Source: Octopus bimaculoides (lineage: Eukaryota). From it: a stretch of DNA of 64,000 nucleotides. The position numbers and the translations under genes are program-made. Positions within the stretch are counted from its first letter, which is position 1; each line of letters begins with the position of its first letter. The notes under the pieces were generated by a model, which saw only the letters and a list, made by a program, of their open reading frames with translations, was not told the origin of the DNA and ran no database searches. This document shows, one piece after another, positions 38,283-51,225 of this stretch. The stretch lies in assembly GCF_001194135.2 (NCBI RefSeq), contig NC_068987.1, forward strand, positions 28,089,547 to 28,153,546, in the 5' to 3' direction.

Positions 38283-38488
38283 AAAATTACAGGTATGCGA
38301 GATTTGATATTTTGAGTTTAGATGTGGTAGATAATGATATTAGAAATTGGAAATGGCTATGTGTTTGCAATATTTCTACAAATAAACAAATAAAGAATGA
38401 AAACAAAAAGAAAATGTCATCTGTTGCCGGCACTGAAAGGGAGATATTTACAAATGTTAAATGCCAAAAAGGAAATATCACAACTTAA
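38283..38488 (+). CDS. Candidate terminal exon, or alternatively a 33-nt exon at 38260-38292
   Basis: Acceptor tgtgtttctattcacag|AA, open in phase 1 to TAA: xNYRYARFDILSLDVVDNDIRNWKWLCVCN...KCQKGNITT*. The alternative uses ttttag|G...AG|gtatgc and gives xHLCFYSQKIT. No homology recognised. Confidence 0.2.
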
Positions 38489-38880
38489 TTCTAAATCATG
38501 TATAATTCTAAAATAATATTTGTTGTGCAGAGAATTACAAAAGAAGCCAGCTATGGGAACAAAAAAACTACTGTTTGAATTGTAAGCTTTTATGAATTGC
38601 ATACTGCTTTTTTTTTTTCTGCTTGCGTGTTGACAGACAAGTGAACGTTTAGATGTATTGCTTTCAGATACTTAGGAAAACAGAAAAAAATAAAAATGGA
38701 TAAAAGAAACAGAATAAAAAAGACAAAAATATATAATCATACCGAGTATTTAGTGCCAGTATATTTATGCCAAAAAAACCCCGACTAAACTCAAAATAAA
38801 ACAAAAATCTATTGTAAATTAGGGTTTCTCACAGGCCATATAAAAAGTAGTAGTAGTGGTGGAGGTGGTGGTAGTAGTAG

Positions 38881-38916
<36 letters not shown>

Positions 38917-39378
38917 AAATTCATCATTTATAATATGGATAAGAGGAAATCGAACAAAATATTGAGCTCTGTTGAGTTTGGCTACCAGTATCTTTTTTTG
39001 CACCTTAACACTTTATCGAAGCTTCCGGTCTTAATCCATTATATGTTACAAAACAGACAAGTATGGTTCCGCTTTCTGTCACGGTTGGATATTTATTTAA
39101 GAAATTACATGTCCGAATCGAAAGCTTAAAATAGAAAACACAATTAAAGTTCAATTGCAATTGTTTCCTGAATAATGAGATTCTATCTATCAGTGTCATG
39201 TTCCCATACATTAAGCCTGTCAGCTTCTCTCTTTGATAATACTTATAAGGTCTATATAGCATCGCAGAAAATAGCCTTTCACTTACGCAGCTAGTAATGC
39301 ATATACCTGCCCCTATCGATTATATAACAGCCTTGTGTGAGTATGTACGTACGTACGTACGTACGTATGTATGTATGC

Positions 39379-39487
39379 TATTATTCAGTTTTATTTCGAG
39401 ATCTCTTGCCAATAGAGAAAGAGCCGGTTTCTAATCTAGATACAAAACAACTTCGTTGAAATTTCAGAAAAATCAACAAAGTATTTT
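39379..39487 (+). repeat. Family G copy flanked by (TACG)/(TATG)n and (TGTA)-like tracts
   Basis: Aligns to the reverse complement of 27004-27116. Confidence 0.8.
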
Positions 39488-41734
39488 CGCGTGTATGTGT
39501 GTATATGTGCAGTATTTGTAATCACTGCATTTGCAGATTTGTATGTTTTGTTTTATTTACGTCTTCTCCTGTATCTAGTTGCATGTCTAGACAAGCGTAT
39601 ATTTATTTAAATAATAAATTTCTGGAAAGTTTTACAAATTTATACAGTTCTAGTAATGGCTTAGCTCTGCAGTCTTCGAATCAACTTTCATCATTCTGGT
39701 TTTGAGAAGCTTAATTTCTCAAGATTGGTACTGAGACAGAGTGCTATATATTTCAGCGCTCAAATAATTACAGGTATAAACCTGGAGGTGTATCATTGTA
39801 GATTGACTTGTAGATTTCTCAATAGTTCAGCGTAGGTATTTTCTTCTTCGCTGATCTTTGTCCTTATGTTAACACCTGCTGTGCACCTGATTTCAACATG
39901 TATGTATGTATATATGATTGCATGTATGCATGCGTGTATGTATGTATATAAGCATACACATATACATAAATGTATATTTATCTGTGTATCTATGAATATA
40001 CAGACATACGCACAGACACACAAATACACACAGACATACAAATAGGCAAAACCTGCGCAAGAATTTAAGAATTTCGCAGAGAACGTAAAGTTCTTGTTTA
40101 GGGAGATAACCTGATCTTCGTTAGCGAACAAGGTAACAGCTACGGGCACATAATAAAATTTTACTAAAGCTCAGCAGAAAAACCTAATCATTTCGAGCCC
40201 GCTCAGTACCTTGGCAAATGTTCGGAAATGGTAAATGTCACGAACAATTTTAACGAGTTATAAGTTGCATATTAGAAAAAGGATGCTGGGACTTTGATGG
40301 GAACGATTTGCCGAAATAATTCAAGCGGAAAAGGACATGAATTTAGATAATGGTGATAATTAGTGATGCGGATATTTCTAAAATATTGTTCGCCTTTTCG
40401 TTGGAGGAAGTAAAGAAAAGCCTTATATACGCATATACTCACAAGCACATGCATATATGCATACATATGTATGTGTGTGCGTGCGCGCATGTGTGTGTCA
40501 ATTATTCTTGCAATTATATTATTTCTCTATTTGATGTAGTTATCTTTCCTCCTCTCAAAATCTCTACTTTATTCCGTCGGTCCTCTATTCCATTTTTTTT
40601 TGTATCCTTCTTCCTATATTTTGTAGCCCATTATCAATACATATTCACTCACGTGTTTCCAACAGATGCCGACCCCAAAATGTTTTAATTAAAAAACATC
40701 TTTCCACCTGTCTGGCGTTACAAAAAAAACAAAAACAAGAATAGTGGTTTCTCCACCTTTATCTCTGACTAATCAATAGAAACAAATCCGCAAAATTGCA
40801 CTTGGCTAAAAAGAAATAGAGAAATATATGTTAGTTTGTGGTTTCAGATACATCTGTTGTTATAATTCCTTTCATATCTCTATGGATTGTCGTTAAACCA
40901 TTCTTTCAGGCCAGCTATTAGGCCACCTTTTGAATGGTTTTTATTCATTAGAAAAGAAAATACCAGAAGGCGACCTTTGCAAATGTCGCATAGAATGTAT
41001 TCTTCTTAGTACTGAAAGCTTATCAAATTATTATGGTTAGAACATAATATATTTTGTTTTAGAAGCCAAAATTACGACAGAAGTGTTTCTAATGTTAAAC
41101 TGAAGACATTCAATAGATGTACGGCCATATGTAGTTTAAAAGTTCATATCTGAGAACCTATTAATATAATCGATTGAAAAGAAAATCCCATATTGGATTT
41201 ATTGAATATTTTACCATGTTTCTCTAATATCTTATACCCAAGATTGATATTCACCACTTATAGCTCTTCTACTTCTTTGTCATCCGAAGAATTATGTCCA
41301 GCTTCGACAATAAAGGTGAGTGAACAATGAGTAATGTTGGCATTGTTTCAGCACCCTACTTTGCATAGTAAGCGATCGTTTAAAAGCCAGTTGCAAACTA
41401 TTAGAACAGGGTCAAGCTATGCTAGCTAAGTGGATAAAAAGGCGTCAGCTGTAATAGTCAGATTTACTCTAAATAGAAGTCCAAAAATAATAAATAATTT
41501 AATATTCTACCGGATTATTCAGAACGTTGATCAACAACGAATGACATTTAATTGAAATATCTGCATTCCTTTCTAAACTAACAGGAAAATGAAGAAATTG
41601 CATACGCTCATGTAAACAGACACGTGTAAGTACAGACACACGAATTAAAACTAGATTGAAACACACAAGTTAAATATGCTATTGTGAATCAATCAAATAT
41701 ATTTCTTTCAATTCATAGTCTGATAAAAGAAAAG

Positions 41735-42052
41735 TATTTGTTCTATTGTTCATTTACTGGTTTCAGTCATTGGACTGAGGCCATGTTTAGTCATTGACTA
41801 AGAAAAGCTTAAAACAACTATATCAACTTATATAGAACTTGTTTGAGCCCAGTACTTATTTTATCGAGAAATATTTATCGGTCCACTAAGTGAAGGGATA
41901 TAAAAATAGATTAACATAGACCACATCAATTTTAGACCGTAAAAACACAAACAACACACAAACACACACACAGACACACACACACTCAGACAGACACACA
42001 AATATACACTCGACGAGTATCTATACAGTTTATGTCTACCAAATTCCACTGA
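41735..42052 (-). mobile_element. Degenerate family A SINE lacking the head
   Basis: tttcagtcattggactgaggccatg...cagtacttattttatcg...cagtttatgtctaccaaattccact. Confidence 0.7.
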
Positions 42053-42117
42053 ACATATACTAGCTAATCACCACCACATACTATTGTAGTAGTAGTAGTG
42101 GTGGTGGTGGTGGTGGT

Positions 42118-42409
42118 ATCAACACCAGTTCCTGGGAGGATCTCGCAGCCGGCCGAACCAGCTGGAGAGGCACTCTTCACAAACAACTGCAGACCGGCGA
42201 AGAGAATTTGAGGGTGGCGGCAGCTGAAAATCGAACCCGCAGAAAAGAAATGACAGACCGGATTCAACGTATAGGTGTGACCTCTGCAAACGAGACTGCC
42301 ACTCTCGCATCGGTCTCTACAGCCGCAGGAGACGTTGCAAAAACTGAATAGACAACTCAACGGACAGATGACATCATCCATGGTCAGCCATGACCGACGG
42401 AGGCCTACG
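42118..42409 (+). pseudogene. 5'-truncated RTE-clade LINE: ORF C-terminus plus short 3' UTR
   Basis: INTSSWEDLAAGRTSWRGTLHKQLQTGEENLRVAAAENRTRRKE, a frameshift, then PDSTYRCDLCKRDCHSRIGLYSRRRRCKN*. This is the RTE-type terminal C-x2-C...SRIGL.SH motif. The 3' end is catggtcagccatgaccgacggaggcctac. Confidence 0.85.
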
Positions 42410-42550
42410 AGTAGTAGTGGTAGTAGTAGTAGTAGTAGAAGAAGTAGAAGAAAAAGAAGAAGGAGAGAAAGAATAAAACAATTCACTTAGCTTCCAAACG
42501 TGCTTATATACATAGACGTGTCTATATATTTTTATATTTATATTATATCC

Positions 42551-42595
<45 letters not shown>

Positions 42596-42785
42596 CGCGC
42601 GCGCATATCTTTAACTGAAGCCGTGGACGATGACTTAAGTTTCCCTTTTATGTGATCATTTAAACTGCAACTTGATGTTTTGTATGTTTGAAATGACGTT
42701 TAAGTAACAACACACGGCTTAAGCCGGATAATTCGCAATTACACATTTTCCTCTTGTTCATTATAAACAAAATATGTGTGTGTGT

Positions 42786-42833
<48 letters not shown>

Positions 42834-43844
42834 TGGTCGTCGTCTATCAGCCGTTAGTTGACATTGACTGTTCTGTTCAGAAATCATCCCTACAAGGCCT
42901 GCACTTGATCTGCAACAGCGATGACATCTGATACAGGTGAAGTGACGTGTATATGCATATGTACGTCTATGTATGTATCCATTCTGAGAGATATATAAAA
43001 CGATTATATACATGTGTGTGTTACAACTCTATGAATACCTCAATACATACATTCCCATATATAAAGATAAGCTCTCGCACCCATATATATATGTGTGTGT
43101 GTGTGTGTATTTATATGCATATATGTTTATATGTGTGTATGTGAGTACGTGCGCAAATGGCTACGTATTCATAATACAATATGATTCTCTTACTACAACA
43201 CCATATATCAGAAAGTCAGAAAGAAGTAAGTATACCTTTCTACATAGATATCTGAATAGCTGTTAATTGATGAAGTAAAGGTGGTGGAAAGGAGGGAAAA
43301 GATATTGCAGATTAATAATCTTTGAATCAGAAGAAGAAAATGTATTTTACGAACCAAATTTCTGATATTGATGAACAACACAGAATGCTTATTGGAGAAA
43401 ATATTCTGTGAATTGAATGCTCAATACTTTGAGGTCTATAGTTGAACTCCTGTTAGTACAGTACTGTAGCACCAATAATAGAAGCTGATAAGATACCATT
43501 TATAGACGAAGCTGAATATTTTCTTGAACCAATAAAATATTTCAAAATTACCGATATCAGGCTGCAAGTTTTATCATGTCTATTATATAAGTTGATTAGG
43601 AATGAATCTACTCTTTTGCAATGATTATGGTATGCTATTTTGCTTTTCGAGATAAGTAAGACACAAAATATTGGTGTCTTGGTGCAATTCGCAGCGGTTG
43701 AAACACAAGTTTTTACAGTATCAACTCTGGTCTTTTATGATTCTCAGTGAAATTTCTTCACTGATTCTCTTTTACTTTTATTTCCGCTCCTGGATGGTTG
43801 AACTGATAAAGCAGCGATGACATTAACAGAATCGATTGTCTGTT

Positions 43845-44250
43845 TCCTTTACTTTCATTCTTTTACTTGTTTCATTGATTTAACTATGGTCATACCGAGG
43901 AACAGCCTCGGAGGGTTTAGTCGATCTAATCGAACTTAGTCTTATTTCAAGTCTCGTGATTATTTTATTACTCGTCTAATGCCAAGCCTTTAAGTTACGT
44001 GGACGTAAACAATCTAGCATTAGTTGTCAAGCGGTGAGAGATCACCACAAAGACCCATACACCTACACACACACAGACACACCTATATATAAACATCAAA
44101 CTTCCGTAGAGCTTCCGTCTATAAAACTCACTAGCAAGGTGTTCATTTGCTTGAGATTATAGTAGAAGACACTTGGTGAAGGTGCCAAGCACGGAAACCA
44201 AACCCGAAACTGTATGGTTTTGAAGTTAACTTCTTAAGCATGCAGCCAAA
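43845..44250 (-). mobile_element. Old full-length family A SINE
   Basis: cttttacttgtttcattgatttaact...aagttacgtggacgtaaaca...ttatagtagaagacacttggtgaaggtgcc...cttcttaagcatgcagcca. Confidence 0.75.
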
Positions 44251-44602
44251 AATGAAAATCTATAGCATCCAGGTAAATTATTATTATAGAAATCTTCATT
44301 TTATCAACTCTTTCGAGCTCAATCTGTTTGCTAACCTGTGTTTCTCATCTCTCGAAAGATTTTATAAAACAAGAGAATTCTTTCACTCAAAATGTTACGG
44401 AATCTCTAGAGTTGCCGACCATTCACCAACGATTCATTGTACAAACACAAAGGATAACACCCTCACTAGCACCGCCAGCAATGGCGCCTGTGCACAGACT
44501 AACACAACTAATAAAGCCAGTTCAAAGAAGACTGAGATTGTAAACAATAAACAATACGAAAATAGCATTCATACGTCAGACAGTCAATTCCTTTTTGTAA
44601 AT

Positions 44603-44660
<58 letters not shown>

Positions 44661-44935
44661 CAGGGAGGGAGAGCAGTAAAGAAAGAGAACGAGAAAGATT
44701 GAGAAAATGTATGTTGAGAAACAATTGCTTTATAACAATATTGTAAAGAATGGTGACAATCTTCTATTATGGATTGGAGAATATTGACTAATGTACTACT
44801 TTCTGCTAATGGGAAGGAAAATAATCTTCATAATACGCAAAGATGTGGATTGTCAAAGAAGTTAAGCCTCATGAGAGAGCGGGTTAGGTTGAGTGCTAGA
44901 GAAAAGAAGAGAGAGCGAGAGAGAGAGGGGAGAGA

Positions 44936-44972
<37 letters not shown>

Positions 44973-45346
44973 TAAGAAAGAAAGAAATTTCAGTCTTTTC
45001 TGCAGCTTTTTTTTTTATTATTAAATATATATTTAATCAAATGGTCAATCAACCGTCAAACAGTAACTCTATGATATTCATATTTTGTTTTTTCTGCCAA
45101 GTGAAAACGGAATTACTCAACATACCGTTTACTTTTATTTCTCCGTTACTAATTGAAATGTTCAGATAATGACTGTATTTGTCATTTTCAGGATATATTT
45201 CATTCACAGCAAAATTGCTGTGAATGAAATAAAATATATTTATATTTTTAAATTTTAATATTTAATACATTATTTCGGTTGCATAACTTTTTATTTCGGA
45301 TTTGTGAATTTGCAATAGATTTATTATTTTTCTTCTTGTTGTTGCT

Positions 45347-45590
45347 AAGGCAGAGAACTAGCTAAATCGTTAGTACGTCGGACAAGGTACTTAGTATTTC
45401 TTCCGACTCATTACACTCTGAATTCAAATACTGCTGAGGTCGATTTGTCTTTTATGCTTTCGGGGTTGGTAAAATAAGCACCAGTTGAGCACTAGGGTCG
45501 ATGTAATTGTAACTGGCTAGCCCTCTCCGCCAAAATTTAATTTCAGGCCTAATGTCTGTATTAGAAGGGATTCTTCTTCTTCTTCTTCTT

Positions 45591-45655
<65 letters not shown>

Positions 45656-45990
45656 GGCGGCGAGCTGGTAGAATCGTTAGAATGCTGGACGACATGCTTA
45701 GCGGTATTTTGTCCGTCGCTACGTTCTGAGTTCAAATTTCACCGAGGTCGACTTTTTGCCTTTAATCCGTTCGCGGTCGATAAAATAAGTACCAGTTGTA
45801 AATTGAATATCTCCGTTCCCCCCAAATTGTTGTCCTTGTGGAAAAATTATTATTATTATTATCATTATTGTTGTTATTATTACTATTTACAAAATAAGTA
45901 CCAGTTGAGTACTAGAGTCAGTATATTCATCGACTCATCTCCTCCTCCGAAACTGCTGGCATTGTGCCAAAAGTTGATACCATTATTATT
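45347..45990 (+). mobile_element. Train of three family B SINE copies separated by (TTC)n(TTA)n and (TTA)n tails
   Basis: Heads at 45347 (aaggcagagaactag) and 45654 (aaggcggcgagctggtagaatcgttag...gagttcaaatttc). A third 3' fragment lies at about 45890-45990. Confidence 0.88.
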
Positions 45991-46544
45991 TACGCAAATC
46001 GTAGGCTAATAGGTGTATTAGATACTGGCACTGGTTCGGGAGTGAAATTTGCTTAGGGTGTGCAAAGCCAGTTTCAAAATTTTTACAAGCAAGGAATTAT
46101 TTTTGTTTGTTTTTATATTTATTTTTGTTCTTTGTTCTTTGAAAAGAGACCCAACTTCAAGCTTCTTTTTACTGCTCACTTTTTATGCAGTTTTCTAAAC
46201 CTGAAAAATATAAGTAGGGGTGCAAATTTTGACTTCGCACTCTCTAAAANNNNNNNNNNNNNNNNNNNNNNNNNNNNNNNNNNNNNNNNNNNNNNNNNNN
46301 NNNNNNNNNNNNNNNNNNNNNNNNNNNNNNNNNNNNNNNNNNNNNNNNNNNNNNNNNNNNNNNNNNNNNNNNNNNNNNNNNNNNNNNNNNNNNNNNNNNN
46401 NNNNNNNNNNNNNNNNNNNNNNNNNNNNNNNNNNNNNNNNNNNNNNNNNNNNNNNNNNNNGATGTGGTGTGATCATCTTTACTCAAATCTTCAAACCATA
46501 CATGAATAAGTATAATTATCAGTATATGGGAAAGTACGTAGGAC

Positions 46545-46720
46545 TGTAGTCAGTGTGCTTAGATTATGATCATGAGTTCGCTTGCTAGACTATCACTTGT
46601 GTCCTTGAGTAAGCAGTTCATTTCACATTTCATCAATATGCAACGGCTGTAATGAGTACCAGCCAGGTCATGGCACAGCCCTCTCTCGTCCAGTTGATCA
46701 TTTCTAGATGTTACGCTGTC
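46545..46720 (+). mobile_element. Family H CORE/V-like SINE remnant
   Basis: gatcatgagttcgc...cacttgtgtccttgagtaagcagttcatttcacatt...ggctgtaatgagtacc. Seen once only. Confidence 0.45.
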
Positions 46721-46994
46721 TAAAGTGTGAGGGATCCGAAAAAGTGCTCTCCATAATATAAGTACTTAAAACAGTTAGAGGAAACATGATACGTTTTGCT
46801 CGGCTATGTTCGCTTGTGAGAGACGAATAGCTGTTCTGTACTAGCGTATAACATATATATTTAATACATATCACTGTCCTGACTAGGAGATCGTTTAGAC
46901 CAATAGTGTTTCATACAGGTGGTTGCAATATATATTATTTTACACACGGTTTGCAATGTGTGGCACTTTCTCTATCAACTTTCACCCGGTGATT

Positions 46995-47430
46995 AAAATA
47001 TTCTTTGTTCCTTCTAATATTGGCTTCACATTTTGGCACAAATACAGCAATTTTGAGGAAGGAGTAAGGCAATTACATTGTTCCCGGCGCTCAAAAGTAC
47101 TTATTCTATCGATTTCCGAAAGGATGAAAGGCGAAGTCAATGCTGGTGAAATTTGAACTTCGAACGTAAAGACGGACGAAATACCAGCTCCAGCTAGCTG
47201 CTCTTGTGCTCCTTCTAATATTGATTTCAAATTTTGGTACAAGGCCGGAAAGTTCAGGGGAGGGAATAAGTTATCGAGCCCATTACTCAACGGTATTCAT
47301 TCCATCGACTCCGAAAGAACGAAAGAGAAGGTCAACCTCGGTGGAATTTGAACTCAGAACGTAAAAACAGACGAAATGTCGCTAAGCATTTCGGCCAGCA
47401 TGCTTAACGTTTCTGCTAGCTCGCAACCTT
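46995..47430 (-). mobile_element. Two tandem family B SINEs
   Basis: ccgaaaggatgaaaggcgaagtcaa...atttgaacttcgaacgtaaagacggacgaaatacc, and ccgaaagaacgaaagagaaggtcaacctcggtggaatttgaactcagaacgta...tctgctagctcgcaacctt. Confidence 0.88.
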
Positions 47431-48574
47431 GCACTCCTTCTTATAGTATCACTTAGTTCAGCGAATAACTTATTTCCTATGATCCACAATGCAACACGCT
47501 TCCTTCCTCTGTTATCCATGCAGCCATAACACCAAGCTGGGTGCAGTTGTAATCACTCAAACCATGCAAAAACTATTGGATTTGCTACTTACAGAGAGTT
47601 TGCACTTTGCTCTGAGCATTGGTCTTCCTCTCACATGTCTTAGATATAATTACACTCTATACTATGTATGAAATGTTTCTTCTTTCACCAGTTCGCGAAG
47701 CACTGCATTTTTTTTTATTCATCCTAAGTTCAATATCAGCCAAGTAGGATATTGTTGATCTAGCTACAACCTCACGATAATCCATTTGTACTGACAGCAT
47801 CGTAGAGTCATATCTGAGTATCTCTCATGATTTCCCAAACATTGTACATATACATTTACACAATCTACACCCACACAAACATGCACAAAAACACACACAG
47901 ATACATGCATACTACGTACATACGTACATATATATATATATGTGTGTGTGTGCATATATACGTACATACATACACATCTTTCATTTGTTTCTGCTCTCCG
48001 AGCTCTCTCTTTCTTTTCATATATGGCATATTGCACGTATACGGAATATTAATATCTCTCTCTCTCTCTCATTCACCCACATTCCTCTTTATTATCTCTC
48101 TATATACATACTGGACGTAGTCTTTGCTTCATACATAAAGACTGCATAAGGACACTCAGCTTTCATATCAATCTGATTCATATAGCTGAGTCAATTATCT
48201 TCTGTGATCATATGTGATATTTCATTGTCACTCTACAAGTATATACGGCCCTTCTATTTTCTTGAAATTGTAAAGAAACTGTGATTTCATGTTAACTGAA
48301 GTGGTATATTGTTAGACGTTCGACAGTCAATTACTTATTTCTACTTGAACCAATGATGAAACTTCAACAAACTGGAGCTACTAGCCAAAAAATCTCCCCC
48401 AAATTGCAAACTTATGTCTTAAAAAGAAGAAAGAACCGCTAGAGAATTTTGAACTTTGATGTACAAACATACGGAATGTTAAGGCTTGAATGCTTTTGAT
48501 CATAGAGTTGGTCGGGGGAAAACAAAAACTACAACAATATCAGCTTAATTGTGCTTAGATTATGTGTGACAAAG

Positions 48575-49050
48575 TTTAACTTTTATTTATGTTTTGATGT
48601 ATTTGGTTAGTAAGTGTTATTCTCTATTTGCTTCTATCTAAAATTTAAAGGAAATTACTACTATTCCCTTCACACTTTACTTTTGTGACCTGAACCTCAA
48701 TGTTTTGAAGACGACCTATTTTCCATTACATTTAAGACAGATTCAGTACTGAGTTGCTGAAGCAGAAACATCATTACAACAAATATTCTGCTCAATGCCA
48801 CCGATTGGTAGTCAGTTGTTTGACTGTAATTACTTGAACATGTCCTTTAGTAGCTGACATTAAGTGCGTCTGTGATCGTGAGCAGGAGTTGTCGGGGAAC
48901 ATCATGGCCTTTTGTTGAGAGGGATTCTTTGATGTTTGAATAAATATAACAACAGCAATGTTTGAAGGGAATATCAGCCTTTTCTCATACTTTCTAAGGA
49001 CAACCAAATACGAAACATCAGTTGCTACACACGGACAACTTCGTGTTATA
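48575..49050. mobile_element. Family F second copy
   Basis: Collinear with 25325-25810. Confidence 0.7.
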
Positions 49051-50049
49051 CAGTGTTAAGCTGTGGAGTTTTGCTAGCAAGAGCATTGCGTTAATACTGT
49101 GTGAGTTTTTAGGTTTGCTGTCGATGTAGAATTGTTCATTAAGATAATGTTGAATTCAAATCTTCTGAAGTACTTGGACCGTAATTGGAACTACTACGAA
49201 CCTGACTCAGTTTAATCAATCCTTTCGGTCGGCATCACACCAACGGTTAAGCCTGGTCATGTTAGCGAGATTTGCCAAATCAACATTAAATCAAACCATG
49301 CTGTCTTAAAACTGAATAATGTAGTTATAGATATACTGTTTGAAATCAAGAGGTAACAACAACAAATAAACTCAAAATTAATTTGAAATTACAAAGGTAA
49401 GAGAAAAGGGGAAGCAGAAAGGGACCTTCAATGTGTACATAGGTAAGTTAATCTCGGATCATTATCTACGTAGACACTGATCTAGGTTAATAGAAAAATT
49501 CAACTGGAATTTACAACGCATAATACCAAGTAATGTACAAAGCTTGCTTCGTTTATTTAAAGCAATATTCTTTACTTTCCAAACTTGCCTTCAGCCTTTG
49601 GGGGGAAATTATTATTTACCATTCCCCATTCAATATACTAGACTACAGCTAACGGCATATTGTTTTTGGTAAAACAGATAAATTGCTAAATAAAGAGAAT
49701 TGACAATAATAGTTGAATGGAATTGGTAATGACAGTGGACGCATGATTGCTGCTGTTTCTGGTGATAGTGACGACGACGATGATGATTTTGGTTCTTATG
49801 TATTACCAATAATAATGCTGGACATAATGATGATTATGGTGAATATTGTTAATGATTGGTACATGGATAGTGTTCTTAGTAAACACTTTCTGATGGCTAT
49901 AACAAATATGGTAAACGACTGAGTAGATAATAATGCCTTCAACTCCTTCCCCCTTCTACTCTTCTTCTAGCACTTTCTCATCACCATCCTCATCGGCTTC
50001 CCATTAAGGTTACAATGTGTAATGGAAAGCAAACTTTAAAGATTCCGTC

Positions 50050-50295
50050 ATTTAGGATGATGACGGTGATGATAATAATCATGAAAGTGATGATGACTAC
50101 GATGAGGATGATGATTATGATGATGATGCTAATAATAATATTATTGTTGTGGTTGTTGTTGTTGATAATGATGATGACGATATTATTATTATTGCTGTGG
50201 TGGTTGTTGATAATGATGATGATGATGATGATTATGATCATCGTGATCATCATGGTCGTTATTTTAAATGTCGGCATCATAATAATCATAATTAT
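50050..50295. repeat. Compound trinucleotide array (GAT/AAT/TTG/CAT)
   Basis: Visible directly. It is the source of ORFs 49990-50361. Confidence 0.95.
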
Positions 50296-50744
50296 ATGTT
50301 ACCACTGAATGCTACTGTTGTTTTACTGTTGTCTATGTGGGGGGAAAGATGCTGTACATAATTTTAGTTCTATACAGAAATATAGAATGATTTGTAATTT
50401 CCGAAACACATTTCTATTGTAAAAACGGATGTGACTCAGATATCCGGGAGAGATTTTAGACTAACATATATATTTTTACAGATATTGCAGCGCTTCTGTA
50501 TTGAAATTACAATAACAGCAACAAATACATTGAAATTATAGACAGAATACAAAAATATTTAACGAGCGCATTTAGAATACACCACCCACAGTTCGACAGA
50601 GTAAAATTATATTCTTTCACCCATGGAAAGAGAGATCATTTGCAGCTATCAAATTCTTATATAAATAACTAATGCAGAGCTAAAAAAATCTCTAGTAAAA
50701 CTGAAGAGAAATAATACGATTAGATACAAAGCATGAACAAAGCA

Positions 50745-51225
50745 TGATTTACAACCACATGGTTTCGGCTTCAGTCTCACTGAGCGATACTTCGAGCAAG
50801 TGTCTTCTACAGTTTGCCCATGGCCAACCAATGCTGTATTAGTGGATTTAGTAGAGAGAAAAAGTATATAAAAGCTCGTCGTGTGTATATGTTTGTATGT
50901 ATGTTTGTATGCATACATACATGTTTGTTTGTTTGTATGCATTAGTATCTTTCTTTGGTTCTGTGTGTGTGTGCGCGCGTGTGTGCGTGTGTGCGCGCTT
51001 GCACGTGCGAGTGTGCATTTCTGTTTGTCCTAAGAAACGGGGTTGGCTTGATTAGCCCCCTCCACACACATACACACTTCTCCGTAGTACAGTTCGGCAA
51101 AGCTGCCGATAGCAGAAGTGCCAGATTCAAAATATAAATTGGTGAATTTCTTCTACTAACTCTACAAGACTATGCTCCAGCATGGCCGCACTACAATGCC
51201 TGAAAGAAAGCAGTTAAAGAATCAA
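50745..51225 (+). mobile_element. Old family A SINE with expanded internal (TATG)/(TG)n
   Basis: Head caaccacatggtttcggcttcagtctcactg...gagcaagtgtcttctac and 3' part tgctccagcatggccgca...gaaagaaag. Confidence 0.75.

Noticed and set aside
42881-42936. Exon-like segment with ttctgttcag acceptor and AG|gtgaag donor
   Set aside because: It has stops in all three frames. It could only be non-coding, and nothing else supports it.
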